Below, one piece after another: positions 60,542 to 64,000 of a stretch of DNA of 64,000 bases. The translations under genes were made by a program, and so were the position numbers. Each line of letters starts with the position of its first letter. The first letter of the stretch is position 1. The DNA comes from a candidate division WOR-3 bacterium. GTDB lineage: Bacteria; Hydrothermota; 32-111. The notes under the pieces are model-generated. The model saw only the letters and a program-made list of their open reading frames with translations, was not told the DNA's origin and searched no databases. The DNA lies in the NCBI GenBank assembly GCA_039804105.1, contig JBDRZU010000001.1, positions 928,001 through 992,000 of the forward strand. The letters are read 5' to 3'.

Positions 60542-60592
60542 TTTGACTTTTTGACTTTTTTAGTATTATAGTCAAAAAGTCAAATTAGTCAA
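60542..60592. promoter_or_regulatory. Putative TetR operator overlapping promoter
   Basis: 15-bp inverted repeat TTTGACTTTTTGACT (60542-60556) / AGTCAAAAAGTCAAA (60570-60584); minus-strand TTGACT, 16 nt, TATAAT. Confidence 0.7.
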
Positions 60593-60627
60593 GTGTATGT
60601 AAAAAATTCATTTTTTATGAGGAAATT

Positions 60628-61629
60628 TTATTTTCTTTTACAGAAATAGATATCGGACTCTATCATCGTATCGTTTCTAAAAAAATGATGAACAAAATAG
60701 AGATTCCCTTGTTCATCAAGAGTTGGTTCACCGGCGAACTGTGAAACCATCAACTCTGGTTCACACCATGTATTGTTAATTCTTTTTGATCTAAAAATCG
60801 CAGGTGTTCCCATATATGTTCTTGAAAACCAAAATTCTTTTCCATCTTTTGAAACGAATGGGTAACCTTCATCACCAACCGTGTTAGCAACTTCGAAATT
60901 GACGGGTTCACTCCAGCTATCATTGTTTTTAAAAGTGTACCAGATATCCAGCCCTCCTTTCCCATCACTTCTTGTTGAATGGAAAAAAAGTGTATCTTTG
61001 TGAAGATGAACTTCTCCTATCTTGTATTCTTTCATGAGTAGATCTCCGCAGTATTTCCAGTTTGTCCATTTTTCACCATCGAACTCTGCTACGAACATAT
61101 TGACTCCTTCATACCCCTCCCTTACAGAAGCAAACCACATGATTGAATCTTCAACACAAACTGCACCATCTAAAGAAATCTTCCCCGGTTCTATCAACCA
61201 GACCCTGTTTGCCTCTTGCCAGATCCCATTTTCATATTTAGAAAGCCAAACTCCAGTAACACTATCGAATATCTGTTTTTCAACAGAAATTCTTATATCG
61301 GGAGTGAAAAAAAAGTATAAAGTTTTTCCATCAGGTAATACGAAAGGAGAATCCTCCGCTCCTTTCGTATTCACTCCTCCCTGAACGGGAACGGGTTGTT
61401 CAAATTCGTTTGAATAGAGTAATGGAGCGTGTTGATCCATATCAGGAGTAACTTTTGTTATATCATCTGGTAATTTTTCGATTCTACTAATAATCGGATA
61501 TTGATTATCTTTAAAAAAATTACATCCCAGTATAAAAAATAATACCAAAATTATTATTAAGATTTTTTTCAATTTAATTTCACTTTTAACACTTTTACTC
61601 GCAGAAAAGAAAATTTTACAGTTTTTCAA
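60628..61629 (-). CDS. Lipoprotein with WD40-like (PD40) beta-propeller repeats
   Basis: ILG-C lipobox; SPF..PDGKTLYF, GGLDIW and YPFVSKDG motifs. Start may be TTG 61572. Confidence 0.75.
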   Translation of the reverse strand: MKNCKIFFSASKSVKSEIKLKKILIIILVLFFILGCNFFKDNQYPIISRIEKLPDDITKVTPDMDQHAPLLYSNEFEQPVPVQGGVNTKGAEDSPFVLPDGKTLYFFFTPDIRISVEKQIFDSVTGVWLSKYENGIWQEANRVWLIEPGKISLDGAVCVEDSIMWFASVREGYEGVNMFVAEFDGEKWTNWKYCGDLLMKEYKIGEVHLHKDTLFFHSTRSDGKGGLDIWYTFKNNDSWSEPVNFEVANTVGDEGYPFVSKDGKEFWFSRTYMGTPAIFRSKRINNTWCEPELMVSQFAGEPTLDEQGNLYFVHHFFRNDTMIESDIYFCKRK

Positions 61630-62712
61630 ATCTTTTTATTATTGTTTTTTATTGTCATAATTGTTTTCTCATCAAGTCCCAAAATATTTTTCATTACATC
61701 TATGGTTTTTTCATCTATATTTTTTATCATTTCTTCTTCTTGATAGAGTGCGGTTCTTCTGTCCATTTGATTATCGTTTATCATATTACAATAACTGAAA
61801 GCATCTTTTGTGCAGCCATATAGTTTATAAAATGCCCAGTTCATCACTGGATGAATTTTACAGTCGTTTCTCCATGTTGAAATATGACTTTTGTCTTTTT
61901 GCCATCCGAGTTCTGCAATAATAGTGTTTTTGATCTCTTCTCTATTCCATTCAACATAATCAAAAAATGAAATTTCTTTTATATTCTTTTCTTTCAATTT
62001 AAAAATTTTGCTTTTCAATGAATTCCCTGGAACATAAAACTCAAGTTTAAAAAGAAAAAATAGAATATTAGCGATTATTAGATTTTTATTGAAAAATTTA
62101 TTTTTTGGATTCTTAAAAAACTCTTTATATTGTTGTCTATAATAACTAGAAACATCAACCAATCTCTCAACTGTTGCTTCATTTGAAGAATTACCCCATA
62201 AAATGAGAGGAATTTTTTTGCGATGCTACCTTATAAACCGCAGCTTTCTGTCCAAAAGCACATGCAGAACACATATTGTTTATAATTCCAAAAGGACCAG
62301 TTGAACTTGTTGCTTTAATAAGATTCTTTGTTATAAAAAATGGCAGTTTGAATCTCGATTTCAAAACCATAAAATCGGTTTTTAAAATTCTACAACTATT
62401 TTCAATATTTTTTCTTGCCTGTTCATTTACAAAATCGTTATCAAAACTAACTGCAAGAACTTTTAGTTTTAATTTTTTTACAGAATAATAAAGAACAAAT
62501 GTTGAATCTCTTCCACCACTTACAGGTACAACAGCATCATATATTTTATTTCGATTTTTTAACTTCTTTGTTTCCAATATTATCTCTTTTAGATTTTCTT
62601 CTCCCTTTTCTTTGATGTGAGTATAACTTGAACAAAGAGAACAGATACCATTTGAATCAAATTTAATATTGGGAACAGTATCAGGTGTTATACATTTTTT
62701 ACATCTTTTTAT
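61626..62712 (-). pseudogene. Disrupted N-acetyl sugar amidotransferase (WbpG/PseA-like, PP-loop)
   Basis: KRCKKC..P...FD..GICSLC and YDAVVPVSGGRDS motifs. The frame begins at ATA rather than ATG. A frameshift in the A7 run (62213-62219) joins the two ORFs via IPLILWG. Confidence 0.8.
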
Positions 62713-62793
62713 AATTAAATTTTATATATAATCAAGAAAAAAACAACAAATTTTTAATATTGACTATATCCTCATTCGTATTAAAATTTTAAT

Positions 62794-63651
62794 ATGAAAT
62801 TTAAAGACATTATTTTTTTGATATTTTTTTTGTTTTTCTTCTCATGTTCAAAACTTACTAACAAAGCGAAAAATATGGAGGACTATATTATTTACGAAAC
62901 CAAAGACTTGAATCAGATCTCTTTAGAAAATTTTATAAAAAAATTAAATGAGTACGACATAATCCTTTTTGGTGAAAAACATGATGATGAATTCACACAC
63001 AGATTAGAGTTGATGATCTTTGAATACATGTTTAAAAACAACAAAAAATTAGCATTGTCTCTTGAAATGTTTGAAAGGGATGTTCAAAATGTTCTTGATT
63101 CTTATTTAAAAAATGAAATTACAGAAAATGAGTTTTTACAGAGTTCAAGACCCTGGCCTAATTATTCAACTGATTACAAACCATTAATAGAATTTGCAAA
63201 AGTTAACAAAATACCTGTCATCGCATCAAATATTCCAAGAAAGTTTGCATCGATCATATCAAAATCTGGAAAGGACTCCCTTTATAAAATTGAAGATATA
63301 AAACATCTTTTTTTTGAGCCTGTTGTTGATCTTCAGTCATATAAAGAAAAATTCTTCGAATTCATGTCTTCAATTGTTCCATCGTCACCTATGGGAAATC
63401 TTAACAAAGAGAATACCTATATTTCTCAACTTTTTAAAGATGCAACAATGGCGGGCTCTATAAAAAATTTTTTGGATCATCACCACAACTACACAGTTTT
63501 ACATCTAACTGGAGAGTTCCATTCAAATTATCATCTTGGCATCTATCCTCAATTAAAAAAGATGATGCCCGACAAAAAAATAGCAACGATAGCTGTTGTA
63601 GATTCAAAAGATTTTGATCCATTTCTGGCTGATTTTATTATCATCAAATGA
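62794..63651 (+). CDS. ChaN-family lipoprotein
   Basis: FFS-C lipobox; FGEKHD, LSLEMF, WPNY.TDYKPL, DATMA and G.FHS motifs. Confidence 0.9.
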   Translation: MKFKDIIFLIFFLFFFSCSKLTNKAKNMEDYIIYETKDLNQISLENFIKKLNEYDIILFGEKHDDEFTHRLELMIFEYMFKNNKKLALSLEMFERDVQNVLDSYLKNEITENEFLQSSRPWPNYSTDYKPLIEFAKVNKIPVIASNIPRKFASIISKSGKDSLYKIEDIKHLFFEPVVDLQSYKEKFFEFMSSIVPSSPMGNLNKENTYISQLFKDATMAGSIKNFLDHHHNYTVLHLTGEFHSNYHLGIYPQLKKMMPDKKIATIAVVDSKDFDPFLADFIIIK

Positions 63652-64000
63652 ATGAGAATCCTAAAATTAAAATTGAAAAAATCGTATCCGATGGAAGAGG
63701 AATAGGAAGGTTTGAAGGAAAAGTATTTTTTATCAATGAGGTAATTCCAGATGAGGTTGTTGAAGTTGAAAGAGTAAACGAAAAGAAAAATTTCACAGAA
63801 GGCAAAATAGTATCGATAGTAAAAAAATCTCCTTACAGAGTAAATCCATTATGTCAGTACTATAAAGATTGTGGTGGTTGTTCTTTTCAGCATATTGACT
63901 ATAGATATCATAAAATTATAAAAACCCAGATTTTAAAAGAACTCTTAAAAATGAATTCTAAAATCAATTATGAAGATGGGATCGAATTTGTTGAATCTAT
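63648..64000 (+). CDS. rlmD: RlmD/TrmA-type RNA uracil-5-methyltransferase, N-terminal part (truncated by window)
   Basis: TRAM domain (G.GIGR.EGKVFF) followed by CQYYKDCGGCSFQHIDY; ATGA overlap with ChaN gene. Confidence 0.85.
   Translation, partial: MNENPKIKIEKIVSDGRGIGRFEGKVFFINEVIPDEVVEVERVNEKKNFTEGKIVSIVKKSPYRVNPLCQYYKDCGGCSFQHIDYRYHKIIKTQILKELLKMNSKINYEDGIEFVES

Noticed and set aside
1..64000. CRISPR arrays, IS elements, prophage or defence genes
   Set aside because: No spaced direct repeats or recognisable transposase, integrase, Cas or phage motifs were found by eye.

Overview
This is a gene-dense, AT-rich chromosomal window from a diderm bacterium. Gene content suggests an FCB-related anaerobe such as WOR-3/TA06, but that is inference only. 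Most genes lie on the minus strand in long, translationally coupled operons. I saw no CRISPR array, transposase, prophage or rRNA. Main blocks: (1) three tandem lipoproteins; (2) a ~16 kb envelope locus running T9SS-CTD protein, TonB-dependent receptor, 1031-aa CTD-like protein, PorV/PorQ-like barrel, clostripain-CTD, GT2, GT2, GT4 and a TMTC-like GT-C/TPR glycosyltransferase; (3) HU, an unannotated 30-aa bS22/mS38-like ribosomal protein and tRNA-Arg(CCG); (4) gcvT-gcvH-gcvPA running into cobO, meaB, a B12-binding mutase subunit, acyl-CoA dehydrogenase, acyl-CoA synthetase and LptE; (5) M48 protease, a superoxide reductase::ferritin-like fusion, Mrp and OmpA; (6) a 13-gene operon from cdd to ffh that includes Trm112, a PorU-like C25 protease, deoC, pdp and an S55 peptidase; (7) a candidate ~70-nt sRNA; (8) an M16 pair and HhH/barrel genes; (9) a TetR-RND-LolA-like-barrel-TPR lipid transport module; (10) a disrupted N-acetyl sugar amidotransferase, ChaN and partial rlmD. 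The best candidate for an undescribed system is a protein O-glycosylation plus T9SS-like secretion locus: the exported proteins carry many D-(S/T)-hydrophobic sequons and sit beside a TMTC-like O-mannosyltransferase homologue. All calls come from reading motifs by eye; no searches were run.
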